Notes: generated by a model not told the origin, from the letters alone. DNA of 61,481 nt, filler included, from Heterodontus francisci (GCF_036365525.1; 4 parts of 4 records of this genome joined end to end with filler, not necessarily neighbours in it), one strand, 5' to 3'. Shown: positions 40,001 to 51,733, counted from the first letter of the whole stretch. A program made the numbers and translations.

Positions 40001-41896
40001 CCTCCATTTTATCTGAAGAGAGGGAACTCCTGCTATTTTATGTGTAAAGGCGTATCTCCCTCCATTTTATCTGTAGAGAGGGAACTCCTGCTATTTTATG
40101 TGCAAAGGGGCAACTCCCTCCATTTTATCTGTAGAGAGGGAGCTCCTGCTATTTTATGTGTAAAGGGGCAACTCCCTCCATTTTATCTGTAGAGAGGGAA
40201 CTCCTGCTATTTTATGTGTAAAGGGGCAACTCCCTCCATTTTATCTGTAGAGAGGGAACTCCTGCTATTTTATGTGTAAAGGGGCAACTCCCTCCATTTT
40301 ATCTGTAGAGAGGGAACTCCTGCTATTTTATGTGTAAAGGGGTATCTCCCTCCATTTTATATCCAGAGGGAACTCCTGCTATTTTATGTGTAAAGGGGTA
40401 TCTCCCTCCATTTTATCTGTAGAGAGGGAACTCCTGCTATTTTATGTGTAAAGGGGTATCTCCCTCCATTTTATCTGTAGAGAGGGAACTCCTGCTATTT
40501 TATGTGTAAAGGGGCAACTCCCTCCATTTTATCTGTAGAGAGGGAACTCCTGCTATTTTATGTGTAAAGGGGTATCTCCCTCCATTTTATCTGTAGAGAG
40601 GGAACTCCTGCTATTTTATGTGTAAAGGGGTAACTCCCTCAATTTTATCTGTAGAGAGGGAGCTCCTGCTATTTTATGTGTAAAGGGGCAACTCCCTCCA
40701 TTTTATCTGTAGAGAGGGAGCTCCTGCTATTTTATGTGTAAAGGGGTATCTCCCTCCAATTTATCTGTAGAGAAGGAGCTCTTGCTATTTTATGTGTAAA
40801 GGGGTAACTCCCTCCATTTTATCTGCAGAGAGGGAACTCCTGCTATTTTATGTGTAAAGGGGTATCTCCCTCCATTTTATCTGTATTCAGGGAACTCCTG
40901 CTATTTTATGTGTAAAGGGGTATCTCCCTCCATTTTATCTGTATTTAGGGAACTCCTGCTATTTTATGTGTAAAGGGGTAACTCCCTCCATTTTATCTGT
41001 ATTTAGGGAACTCCTGCTATTTTATGTGTAAAGGGGTATCTCCCTCCATTTTATCTGTATTTAGGGAACTCCTGCTATTTTATGTGTAAAGGGGTATCGC
41101 CCTCCATTTTATCTGTAGAGAGGGAACTCCTGCTATTTTATGTGTAAAGGGGTATCTCCCTCAATTTTATCTGTATTTAGGGAACTCCTGCTATTTTATG
41201 AATAAAGGGGTAACTCCCTCCATTTTATCTGTAGAGAAGGAGCTCTTGCTATTTTATGTGTAAAGGGGTATCTCCCTCCATTTTATCTGCAGAGAGGGAA
41301 CTCCTGCTATTTTCTGTGTAAAGGGGTATCTCCCTCCATTTTATCTGTTTTTAGGGAACTCCTGCTATTTTATGTGTAAAGGGGTAACTCCCTCCATTTT
41401 ATCTGTATTTAGGGAACCTGCTATTTTCTGTGGAAAGGGGTATCTCCCTCCATTTTATCTGCAGAGAGGGAACTCCTGCTATTTTCTGTGTAAAGGGGTA
41501 TCTCCCTCCATTTTATCTGTTTTTAGGGAACTCCTGCTATTTTATGTGTAAAGGGGTAACTCCCTCCATTTTATCTGTATTTAGGGAACCTGCTATTTTC
41601 TGTGGAAAGGGGTATCTCCCTCCATTTTATCTGTAGAGAGGGAGCTCCTGCTATTTTATGTGTAAAGGGGTATCTCCCTCCATTTTATCTGCAGAGAGGG
41701 AACTCCTGCTATTTTCTGTGTAAAGGGGTATCTCCCTCCATTTTATCTGTTTTTAGGGAACTCCTGCTATTTTATGTGTAAAGGGGTAACTCCCTCCATT
41801 TTATCTGTATTTAGGGAACCTGCTATTTTCTGTGGAAAGGGGTATCTCCCTCCATTTTATCTGTAGAGAGGGAGCTCCTGCTATTTTATGTGTAAA
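31080..41896 (+). repeat. 58-bp satellite (dimer of 29-bp subunits), ~10.8 kb
   Basis: Unit GGGAACTCCTGCTATTTTATGTGTAAAGG + GGTATCTCCCTCCATTTTATCTGTA(TTTA/GAGA); ends at a gap. Confidence 0.97.
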
Positions 41897-41996
41897 NNNN
41901 NNNNNNNNNNNNNNNNNNNNNNNNNNNNNNNNNNNNNNNNTTAATTAATTAANNNNNNNNNNNNNNNNNNNNNNNNNNNNNNNNNNNNNNNNNNNN
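41897..41996. other. Assembly gap with TTAATTAATTAA linker, immediately 3' of the last J
   Basis: N run with linker at 41941-41952. Confidence 0.97.
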
Positions 41997-42112
41997 GTTT
42001 TTTTCTAAAGTTTATGGTCTCTCCCCTTTCTTCAAACTGATGGGGACAAACTGGCCGACAGTTTTAATAATTACTGAGACCACTGATATGTTTCAACAAA
42101 TATCTCACTCAC

Positions 42113-42170
42113 CCAGGAGTGTTAACTTAGTGCCGTCTCCAAAATATGATAGCTGGGTATTTCCTGCACC
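42113..42170 (-). CDS. TRBJ: TCR beta J segment J2.6: GAGNTQLSYFGDGTKLTLL
   Basis: FGDG motif; donor GTGAGT (42107-42112); RSS read on + as CACATCA(42171)-12-ACGAAAACA(42190-42198). Confidence 0.9.
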
Positions 42171-42720
42171 CACATCATCATGTGACAACACGAAAACATT
42201 CCTCAATAGCGCCCTGCCAGTTTTCAGTGTCCATCTCATTAATATTTGATATTGCCCTTTGACTAACATGAGCTGACCATACAACAAAGTACACGCATAA
42301 AATAACCGGGTGGGGAGGTGGGGGAGAGGGGGCCTGACCATTAAAGCCAGCAACATTCACAGTACCGTCTATCCATCCATCTGTGAATATGTTAGATGTC
42401 CACAGATACAGTGCTTATAATACTGGAAGATTTTACATGGAGTTGTTCATAATTATTAATTAACTTCTACACACAAGTTGGGGACCAGATAGCTCAGTTG
42501 GCTAACGTGCCAGTTAGAACAATGCTTACAGAACGGGTTCATTTCTCACCATGTCTGGGGAAGGCAAGGGGAAGCCTCCTCATAGACACTGCTCCACATT
42601 CATGCTCCTCTCTCCTGCTGGAGAAAAGGAGCAGAGAGCCAGTACATCAGATGACCACCAGCCTGCACAGACAAGATGAACCCAGCATCCCTGGCTTCAT
42701 TGAATGAAGGTCTAACTCAC

Positions 42721-42777
42721 CCAATACTGTTAGAGCCGAACGTTCTCCAAAATGTAAAGGCTGGTCGCTCCCGCCTG
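42721..42777 (-). CDS. TRBJ: TCR beta J segment J2.5: GGSDQPLHFGERSALTVL (non-canonical FGER)
   Basis: Donor GTGAGT (42715-42720); RSS CACTATG(42778)-12-ACCAAAACA(42797-42805). The second Gly of FGxG is Arg. Confidence 0.82.
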
Positions 42778-42932
42778 CACTATGCTGAACAACATTACCA
42801 AAACACACCTTTGGATAGACCGATACACCGACAGAAAAGTAGCTACGTAGATCGATAAACATAAAGATGGATACACAGACCGATACATTGTGGATGATGG
42901 AACAATAGATGTTTATATAGATGGTAACGTAC

Positions 42933-42982
42933 CTAAAACAGTTAACTTGGTACCAGCTCCGAAGTAGTAAATATCAGAAGAG
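42933..42982 (-). CDS. TRBJ: TCR beta J segment J2.4: SSDIYYFGAGTKLTVL
   Basis: Donor GTACGT; RSS CACAAAG(42983)-12-ATCAAAACC(43002-43010). Confidence 0.9.
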
Positions 42983-44522
42983 CACAAAGCTAAATCCCTG
43001 CATCAAAACCTCTCACCTCTCTCTGATTCTTGTCCTGAAGGAGCCTTTCACAACTAGAAAGAACCTACAGGAGTATTGGCACAAAGGAACATAGAAATAC
43101 TGTAGCTGGAGTAGGCCATTCAGCCCGTCGAGCTTGTTCTGACATTCAGTGAGGTCATGAATCATCTGTATTGTAACCCCATTAGCCTGTTTGTGTTCCA
43201 GACCCTTTTCCTAACAAGGCTCTATCATTCTCAGATTGGGAAGTGACAATTGACCCTGTGGCCTCAGCAGTTTCATAGGGGAGAGAGGCCCAGATTTCCA
43301 CCACCGTTTGTTCAGTTATGTCCTTTCTGGCATCACCCCTGAACGGCCAAGCTTTGATGTTAAGCTAATGCTCCTCTCCACCCTCACCCTTGTTCTGGGC
43401 TCTGACACCCGTGTAAATTGCAGCTCTATCTACCCGATCGAATCCTCTCATTATCTTAAACACATCAGTTGGATCAATCCTTAATCTCCAATGCTCAACA
43501 TCTCTAAGCAACCTGCCCCCACAATTTAATTCCGGCATGATTCTGGTAAATGAGGAAAGATCATTCGCAATCTGCCCTGGACTTTCAGCTCACGTTCCCC
43601 AGGCCGTTCAATGTGCATTCTCCACCCAGTCTCCATTCACAAATTTTAAAAATCCCTTTTGATATTTCTCATCCATTCAAACGCTTCAGGTTAATGGGGA
43701 ATACATCAAATCATATCGACACTTCAGCACCGAACCAGGCCATTCGGCCCACTACATCCTAGCCGATTAAATGCTCCACATTATCCTTCTCACACCCTCT
43801 TCATCTCACCCCATCAATAGGTCCTTTTATTCCTTTCTCCCCCATATGTTTATCCAGCTTCCCTCTTAAAAACATCTCTGCTATTTGCCTCAGCCCACTC
43901 CCTGTGGTAGTGAATTCCACATTCTTGCCACTCTCTGGTTGAAAAGGCTTCTCCTGAATTCCATATTGGATTTATTAGTGACTGTCTTATATTGATGGTC
44001 CCCTGGTTCTGGTCTCCCCAACAAGTAGAATCATCTTGCCTCTGTCATAATCATAAAGACCTCGATCAGGTTATCCTCTCTGCCTTCTCTTTTCTAGAGA
44101 AAACAGCACCAGCCTCTTCATTCTTTATCTGTAGTTATATTCTCTCAGTTTTGGGAGCTCACTTGTAAATATGTTTTGTTTTGCTCTATCCAGTGCCTCT
44201 GCTTTTTTAATCATATGCAGAACAGAACGGCATACTAAAGAACTGAATCTGACAGTTTTCGTTCTGTGTCTGTGTCCTCTTGTTCTGCTCTCATTTGCAG
44301 CTACAATTGCCGTTTGCACTGTTTATTTTAGAGACCCTCCCTTATGTTCCACTCAAACCCCTTTCCATCCAGTGACATGAATTCAGCAGTTGTAGGTCTC
44401 CCTTTGTAAGCTCAAGAGTCGAAATTAATTCACCAAATTCCCATATTTTCACTCCCTCGACCACCCCACGTGAATTCCCAAATTGAATCAACTTTTCCAG
44501 CATTAGGAATGCATTCACTCAC

Positions 44523-44572
44523 CTAAAACCACCAGTTTGGTCCCATCTCCGAAATATGCTTCTCCAGCATTA
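44523..44572 (-). CDS. TRBJ: TCR beta J segment J2.3: NAGEAYFGDGTKLVVL
   Basis: Donor GTGAGT; RSS CACAATG(44573)-13-GCAAAATCC(44593-44601). Confidence 0.92.
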
Positions 44573-45162
44573 CACAATGGTATGGGGCTGTCGCAAAATC
44601 CCCCTCAAGTCTAGATTGTTAAGTCTGTTCCATTGAAGTTCTGACTGTGTCAATGGCCTGTAAAGGTCGTTGGAACATGGGGACAGGAGGTGGCCATTCA
44701 GCCCTTCGTACCTGTTCCACCATTCAGTTAGATCAGGGTTGTTCTGAACCTTAACTCCATCATCCCACCTTGCTTCTGTAAACCTCAATACTTCTGTTTA
44801 ACAAAAATCAAACAATCTTGGATTTGAACTTATCAATTGACCCCCAGCCTCAACAGTATTTTATTTGTTGTGGGGGGTTCGGGGAGAGTTCCTGATCTCA
44901 CCCCTGAACGGCTCGAATTTAAATTGTTCTGGATTTCCCCCAACCTGAAGAAGCAGTTTCTCTCTTTCTATCCAACACCTCAAGCACCTCGATTATATCA
45001 ACCCTTAATGATCTAGGTTCAAGGGACTGTCAGCTTAGTCTGAGTAACCAGTCCTCATGATTTAACCCCTTTCTGCATCTAATATCTGAACTTACTCCCC
45101 GCGATTTTTTAACCGCATATAGACCTCGATGTTGATCTGATAGGAAGAACAGAGTCCCTTAC

Positions 45163-45210
45163 CGAAAACTGTTAACTTGGTCCCGTCGCCGAAGTAAGCT
45201 ATGTTTCCTG
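45163..45210 (-). CDS. TRBJ: TCR beta J segment J2.2: GNIAYFGDGTKLTVF
   Basis: Donor GTAAGG; consensus heptamer CACAGTG(45211)-12-TCATGAACT (weak nonamer). Confidence 0.9.
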
Positions 45211-45591
45211 CACAGTGGCCTAAACCCAGTCATGAACTGGCCCGGGAACTGTTACCCTTGCAGCTGAACGGGTCTGTGCCGGGCGGTTTACCGTGGAACA
45301 CATCACCAAGCGGGTGTCCCGTTGGACTGGTCTTTGCGAACCAGAAGGAAGGGCCAGTGTCGTCCCGGGGAGAGAAATACCGCGCCAAAGTGACATACGG
45401 ACGCTTGTGGCAGGAGGGAAATTAGGCGCAATTCTCTGCGGTCATGAGACAGATCTAACCGACTGACTAACTCGTTAAACTGTCCGGGGTTGGGGGGGGG
45501 GGGGGGGGTGGTGGGGGAGGGGGTGCAGTAAGCTGTGAATGCACACAGCTACACATGAAGGTAGAGAGAACAAAAGACCCCATTATCTTAC

Positions 45592-45642
45592 CTAACACCG
45601 TCAGTTTGGTGCCGGTCCCGAAATTGTGTGGTGCTGTCTGGG
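45592..45642 (-). CDS. TRBJ: TCR beta J segment J2.1: QTAPHNFGTGTKLTVL
   Basis: Donor GTAAGA; RSS CACATCA(45643)-12-ACATCAACC(45662-45670). Confidence 0.9.
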
Positions 45643-46124
45643 CACATCAGCAAATCATGTTACATCAACCCGGTCGAAAACGGTTTGCTACAAGTGGGCT
45701 GCTCAGCGTTTAGGAAGCACTGGTCAAGACAATCAGGAGGCACAAAGCAGCTTACAGCCAATGAAGCAGTTTGTTTAGGAAGTGGTCACCACAGGGAGAC
45801 AGAGCAACTGATATTGTACCAAGGAAGTCCCATCAAACAGCAGTGAGATTAATGAGCAGATCATTGTGATGTTGGTTGAGGGATCAATATTGGTCCCAAG
45901 ACACCGGGGTGGTGTTTCAGGGGTTGAAGAGTAACCAGTTTTCACACAAATAACACAGTTATTCTCTTTTCCAGAGGAATGCTCTAGGTTATAAAGCTGG
46001 ACCATTCTGAGGCATCTACAAGATTGAAAGGGCCCAGCTCCCGCCATAATCCAGAGGAGATGTTTATTCGTTTACTCTGTTGCCACTGCTCTTCTGCTGA
46101 TCTTCCTCGAGGTGTGTAGAGCGA

Positions 46125-46163
46125 GGTTTTTGTACGGAGGCTGCATTGGATTCTATCACAGTG
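46125..46163 (-). promoter_or_regulatory. 3' 23-RSS of D2
   Basis: Minus strand: CACTGTG ATAGAATCCAATGCAGCCTCCGT ACAAAAACC (23-nt spacer, consensus nonamer). Confidence 0.95.
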
Positions 46164-46176
46164 TCCCCCCTGTCCC
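46164..46176 (-). CDS. TRBD: TCR beta D segment D2: GGGACAGGGGGGA (GTGG/GQGG/DRG)
   Basis: First 11 nt match the conserved TRBD1 GGGACAGGGGGC; flanked by 12- and 23-RSS; open in all three frames. Confidence 0.95.
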
Positions 46177-46204
46177 CACGGTGATAGACACTCATACAAA
46201 AAAG
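46177..46204 (+). promoter_or_regulatory. 5' 12-RSS of D2
   Basis: CACGGTG ATAGACACTCAT ACAAAAAAG. Confidence 0.95.
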
Positions 46205-46689
46205 AACGCGAATTTTGCAAGGCCCTGCCTCTGAAAAGACTCCCGAGGGCTTCACTTGGTGAAGTCAGTTGAGATTGAGCTGCTGAAAGTTTTTTAGTCC
46301 TTTGGACCAGAATTATAGGCCGTTCATTCCGTCTCAAAACTGTTAGCAGGAACAGGAGGTGGCCATTCCGCCCCTTCACAGCCTGCTACACAGGTGCAGC
46401 AAGAGACCATTCAGCCCCTCTAGACCTTGTTACACAGGAAGAAGAGGAGGCCCATTCAGCCCCTCTTGAGCTGCTTACACAGTAACAGGCCCATTCATCC
46501 ACTCAAGCCTCCTTCCTTTCCTCTACTTCCTTCCTTCCTTTCTTTCCGTCCTTCCATCCTTCCTCCCTTCCTTCCTTTCATGGTTTTTTTCTTGCTTGCT
46601 TTCTCTCTTTCTTTCTCTCTCTCCATTCCATCTCTCTGTTGCACCCCTTCTCCCCTTCCCCCTCCCCCATCCCTTACCCGCTTCATGAT

Positions 46690-46927
46690 CTGCATTCTCT
46701 CTTCTACAACGTGCAGGACCTCAGGACATACCGGCCACGGGACCTCAAACAGAAGCCACTTACTCTAGACAGTAAATCGTTCACACTGCTATCTCTTATC
46801 TTATCACTCAGAGAGACCCATGTCTGCCAAACTAGTGCAAGTTTCCCAGGTGTCGTGTTGATGTGCGCGGTGCTGTTATCATTCCTGCAGATCTCATTGC
46901 ACACCAACCCCCATCGCCATGCACCTG
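46690..46927 (-). promoter_or_regulatory. Candidate D2 germline promoter (PDbeta-like) block
   Basis: Paralogous to 56645-56876. Shared E-boxes CAGGTG (46847) and CACCTG (46922), and GATA sites TTATCA (46801, 46876). Confidence 0.4.
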
Positions 46928-47796
46928 ACATGAGGGAGAAAGGAATAGAAGTTTAGATGGTGTAGTGGGGGGGGAGAGGAGGCTCATGTTCAGTATCACC
47001 ACTGGCTTGATGACACATTTCTGGGGGGATTCGAGCAATGTTTGAAAATGAATAATCCGCCCTCTGAGAAAATGGGTCAAAAAAGGAACTCTTTCCTTAA
47101 CAACACTGTGGAAATACCTAAACCACATTGAACGCAGGCGTGACGCCAGCAAAATGATAATGTTGCTGGGCTAGTAATCCTGCAGCCCGGGCTAGTGTTC
47201 TGGTTGTGTGAATTCAAATGGCCGCAGATGGGATTTAAATTCAGCTGATTCATAAAAATCTGTCAGGGTGCCATGAAACTGTCGTCGATTGTCATAAAAA
47301 CCCATCTACCATCTTATCTGGGACTCCATACCTGCAGCATGCAGTTGACTGTTAACTGCCCTCTGAAATTGCAAAGCACTCAGTTCAAGGGCAATTAGGG
47401 ATGGGCAACAAATGTTAGCCTTGCCATCGGTGCCCACATCCCATGACAAGAATAAAAACATGGCCTAACAAACCACTCAGAAGGCAATTATGGGTGGCCA
47501 ATAAATGCATCCCAGCACGAATTAACAATGACTTTTCCTGTTCATTTTTGTCTGTATTTTGCTCCCAATCTGTGCCTCTCTGCATATGGTTGCCTCCCTA
47601 GTTTTCTTCCACTCTCCACCTCGCCTTTCCTCTATGTTTAATTGTTTTAACCTTTGCTTCTTTACTGCAATGCTTACTGTTTATTTTTCCAAATTTCATG
47701 TTCTCTCCCCTTTCTTCAAACGGAAGGGAGCAAACTGCCCAACAGTTTCAGTGCTGATTGAGCCCACTGATATACTTCGACCAATATTCTACTCAC

Positions 47797-47854
47797 CCAG
47801 GACCGTTAACTTCGTGGCATCTACAAAATATGATGGATGGTTACTTCCTGCTCC
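47797..47854 (-). pseudogene. TRBJ: TCR beta J pseudo/ORF segment (J6 paralog): GAGSNHPSYFVDATKLTVL
   Basis: FGxG is changed to FVDA; heptamer CACATCA retained but nonamer degenerate (ATTCATCAA); donor intact. Confidence 0.82.
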
Positions 47855-48375
47855 CACATCACCATGTCACAACATTCATCAATAGCGTCCTGCTAATTTG
47901 CATTGTCCCTATCATTAATATTTGATATGGGCCTTTGAGTGTCATTGGCCAAAGTAAACTCATAAACTAACCGGGGTAGTTGGCAATTAAAACTCGAAAC
48001 ATTCCCAATACTGGCTCTCCATCAATGTATGGACCAGTTAGTCAGATGTCCACAGATACAGCTCTGACAATACTGGAAAATTTTACTTGGAGTTCGTCAT
48101 AATTATTAAGTAAGTTGTGCATGCAGGATGGGGACCGATTAGTTTGGTTAGCTAGATGGCTCACGTGTGATTCAGAGCAAGGTCAACAGCAGGGGTTCAG
48201 TTATCGTCTTGTTCTGACGAAAGTAACGGGAAACCGCCTTACCTACCTTTTTCCCTTGTCATTCTCATCTCTCCTGCTGGAGAAAAGGAGCACAGAGCCA
48301 TGGACAGAACATCTGCATGACACAGGCAATATGAAACCAGCCATCCTGGCTTAATCGAATAAACATGTAACTCAC

Positions 48376-48432
48376 CCAAAACTGTTAGAGTCCAGCCTTC
48401 CCCAAAATGTAGAGTCTGGATGTTCCCGCCTA
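48376..48432 (-). CDS. TRBJ: TCR beta J segment (J5 paralog): GGNIQTLHFGEGWTLTVL
   Basis: Donor GTGAGT; RSS CACTATA(48433)-12-ACCAAAACA(48452-48460). Confidence 0.85.
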
Positions 48433-48585
48433 CACTATACTAAACAACAGTACCAAAACACAGCGTTGGGTAGACAGGTACAGTCTCAAACAAGTAATGT
48501 ATCTATATCTAAACACATAGATGGATGCACAGATACATTGTGGATCGATCGAACAATGGATATTTGCACATTTATGTAGATGGGA

Positions 48586-48650
48586 TATTACCTAAAACTT
48601 AGATCCAGTTCCGATTCAGCAGAGCAAAACCTAGATCCCTGAATAAAACC
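48586..48650 (-). pseudogene. TRBJ: Internally deleted J pseudogene (J4 paralog)
   Basis: Aligns with 42927-43010 (CCTAAAAC..CCAG.TCCGA..CAG.AGAG..TA.ATCCCTG..AAAACC) but is ~17 nt shorter and has lost the heptamer CAC. Confidence 0.7.
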
Positions 48651-48924
48651 TCTCAACTCTCTGTGGTTCTATCCCAAGAGAGCCTTTCACAACAATGGAG
48701 AACCGACAAGTACAGGAATATTGGCTGACAGCAGCACGAGAGCATAAATTGACCGTTCAGCCCTTCGAGTAGGATCCGACATGCAAAAGGATCATGTATC
48801 TTCGTATCGTCAAGGTGGATGGAAAGAAAGGTGCAGAGCTGAGTGGTTAAGTGCACAGCTCTCAATGGTGGATTGATGGAAATCGGACAGTCCAGAATTT
48901 CAGGATCACAAAGATCTCGGAGAG

Positions 48925-49133
48925 TTGTAGAGGCTGGAGGAGGTTACAGAGATAGGAAGGGTTGTCGGGGCTGGAAGAGGTTACAGAGATAGGGAGGGAT
49001 GTAGGGGCATGGAGGAAGTTATAGACATAGGGAGGGTTGTCGGGACTGGAGGTGGTTACAGACATAGAGAGGGTTGTAAGGGACTGGAGGAGGTTACAGG
49101 GATAGGGAGGGTTGTAGGGTGCTGGAGGAGGTT
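48925..49133 (-). repeat. Short inverted array of the 37-bp L2-derived repeat
   Basis: GGCTGGAGGAGGTTACAGAGATAGGGAGGG units, the reverse complement of the 1-6918 unit. Confidence 0.85.
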
Positions 49134-49259
49134 GAGGCGCTTTTAAAAAACTCCTTCATGGGATGTGGGCGTCGATGACAAGGCCAGCATTTGTTACCCA
49201 TCCCTAGTTGCCCTTGACAACTGCGTGGCTATTTCAGAAAGCAGTTACGAGTAAAGCAA

Positions 49260-49870
49260 AATAGTTAATAGGTAGAATGAAGTAGAAGTCGTGTTTCAGC
49301 TATACAGAGCCCTGGTTACACCACATCTGGAGTTCCTCTGAGCATTTATGGGCACCAGACATTAGGAAGGATATGCTGGTCTTGGGGGAAGTGTAGTGTA
49401 GATTAAACAGACTGATTCTTGGACGCCAAGGGTTAAATTGCAAGGAAAGATTCGACATTTCCTATTCTTTGGAAAAGAGAAGGTTAAAGGGTGGTTTGAG
49501 CAAAGTTTTCAAGATATTAAGGGGAATGCATGATGTAGATGGAGAGAAACGATCTCCATTGGTTGTGCAGTCTAGATCTCCGGGACAGAGTTTAAGAATT
49601 AGAGCCAGAACTTTTCAGGCATGAAATTAGAAAACATCTTTTCACATAAAGGATGGTAGAAGTTTAGAACTCTCTTCTGCTGGAACAATTGTCAATTTTA
49701 AATCTCAAATTGATAGATTTTTGTTAACCATAGCTATTAAGGGATTATGGGGCTATGGGGGTAGATGGAGTTAGGTCACTGATCAGTCATGATCGCATTG
49801 ATTGGCAGAACAGACTCGAGGGGCCGAATGGACTACTCCTGCTCCTGTGTACCGATGATCCTATGTTCCT
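49260..49870 (+). mobile_element. CR1 LINE 3' fragment
   Basis: QLYRALVTPHLE..SLEKRRLKG motifs and 3' tail GGGCCGAATGGACTACTCCTGCTCCT. Confidence 0.75.
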
Positions 49871-50882
49871 GTAACTTCTATTTAAACATAGAGTCAGCAT
49901 TCTGCTTCAGTTAGAGTGTCCCAAATTCTGACAACTCTGAGTGAAAAGGAATCTAGTAATTGTCCTTGTAGATCTTTTGTCAATGATTTTAAATATCTGA
50001 CCTTTGTTTATTGACCCATCCACCAGTAGAAATAATTTCCCCTTCAAGTAATTGTCCAGTCCCCCTTTTGAAAGTTACTATTGAGTCTGTTTGCACCACC
50101 CTTTCAGGCAGCGCATTCCAGATAACAACACACCGCATAATTGTTTTATTCTTCATATCACCCCTGTTTATTTTGTCAATTACCTCAACTCTGTGCCCTT
50201 TGTTTACCAACGCTTCGAGCATTGGAAATTGTTTCTGAGCATGTACTGTGTCCAAAGCCTTCATTGCTTTGGACACCTCTGTCAAATCCCCCCTAAACTT
50301 TCTCTGCTCTAGTCTCTAGATGCAACTGAAGACCCTCATCGCTGGAACCAGTCGAATAAATCATTCGTGCAACCACTCTAAGGCCTTGACATCCATCCTA
50401 ACATGTGACACCCACAATTCTCCAGCTGGGACCTAACCAGCGATTCATCGAGGTTCAGCTTAACTCCCTTGCTCAACTCCTCGTCAATCCTTCTTTAACG
50501 AAGGTACTTTCCAGCTTCCTCAACTCTTTATTCTAAATTTCTTGATTGTCACGTATTTGTCCCTGTACCTCACTCCTATCATCAACTCGCATTACGCCGA
50601 TTTAGCTACATTAGGGACTGGATTAGGCCATTCAACCTCTGATATCCAAGGTACTTATCACATGTCGATTTCCACATGCACAATACGTCTCTAGTTTGTT
50701 TCAGGAAATATTCCATATGGGGCTCGGAAGTAATGCATGAAGCCGGAACACAAATACAAGGTGTATGTTTATATATAAGGTCCTCATATCCACAACTAGG
50801 TTTGAATAATTTTAAATTTCAACTAGACATCCCTCTGATTCCACTTTCCTTTAAAGAGCTAATTCGATTCTATCTCACTTAC

Positions 50883-50934
50883 CTAAAACCATGAGTTTTG
50901 AATTACCCCCAAAAGTATAACCATCGTTGCCTGA
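50883..50934 (-). pseudogene. TRBJ: TCR beta J segment J1.7 (probably non-functional): SGNDGYTFGGNSKLMVL
   Basis: Donor GTAAGT and open frame, but FGGN instead of FGxG, and RSS CGCAATG (invariant CAC broken)-12-ATCAGAACT. Confidence 0.75.
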
Positions 50935-51674
50935 CGCAATGTTACACTTTTGTATCAGAACTCGCGTTTCTTTAACTCGATACACAATAGTTAATGAACA
51001 TAGTTGGAACATTTTGCCTTGTGTTATATTCATTATTCCACCCTATTGCTCTTTATCTTATATTCTGTTACAATTGATCTCCTTGTCTCTGTCTCTTTTT
51101 CACTGTTTTAAATCTAATTTCCCATCTCCCTCCAGTTTTGTCTGATGTTTGCTCTCCATCTGGAGTGAAGAAGAATGGGGGATGATGGTCTGGGAAATTC
51201 TAAGATTCAGAGGGCGCTTGACAGGGTAAATGCTGAGAGGATGTTCCCCTGTAGAATTAAAGGGCGCAGTTTCAGAATGAGGGGTCGCTCATTTAGGACG
51301 GAGTGGAGGAGGAATTTCTTCGATCAGGGAGTCGTGAATCTTTGGAATTCCCTACTCCACAGCGCTGTGGAGGCTGAGTCCGTGAATGCATTCAAACTGA
51401 GATAGAGAGCAGAGCCAAGGATTATGGAGAACAGGTAGGAAAGAGGGATCGAGGCCAACATCAGATCAGCCATGATCTCTGGTTGTAAATTCCTCTCTCA
51501 CCAGCCCTCCTCCAATCTCCTACATTTAGCTATTTAAATTCTTGCTTCTTCAATGCAATGCTTACTCTTTTGCCTGTTTTCACATTCTCTCTCCTTTCTT
51601 TAAATTGAAGAGACTAAACTAGTCGACGTTTGCAATGCTAGTAAGAGACATATTTTGACGAACATCTCACTTAC

Positions 51675-51733
51675 CCAGGACTGTTAATTTAGAGCCATCT
51701 CCAAAATACACAAGGCTGAATACTCCCTGCTCC
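51675..51733 (-). CDS. TRBJ: TCR beta J segment J1.6: EQGVFSLVYFGDGSKLTVL
   Basis: Donor GTAAGT; RSS CACATCA(51734)-12-ACAAAAACA(51753-51761). Confidence 0.9.

Noticed and set aside
31080-41896. CRISPR-like regular repeats (also 1-11 kb)
   Set aside because: Contiguous tandem units with no unique spacers and no cas genes, in a vertebrate context.
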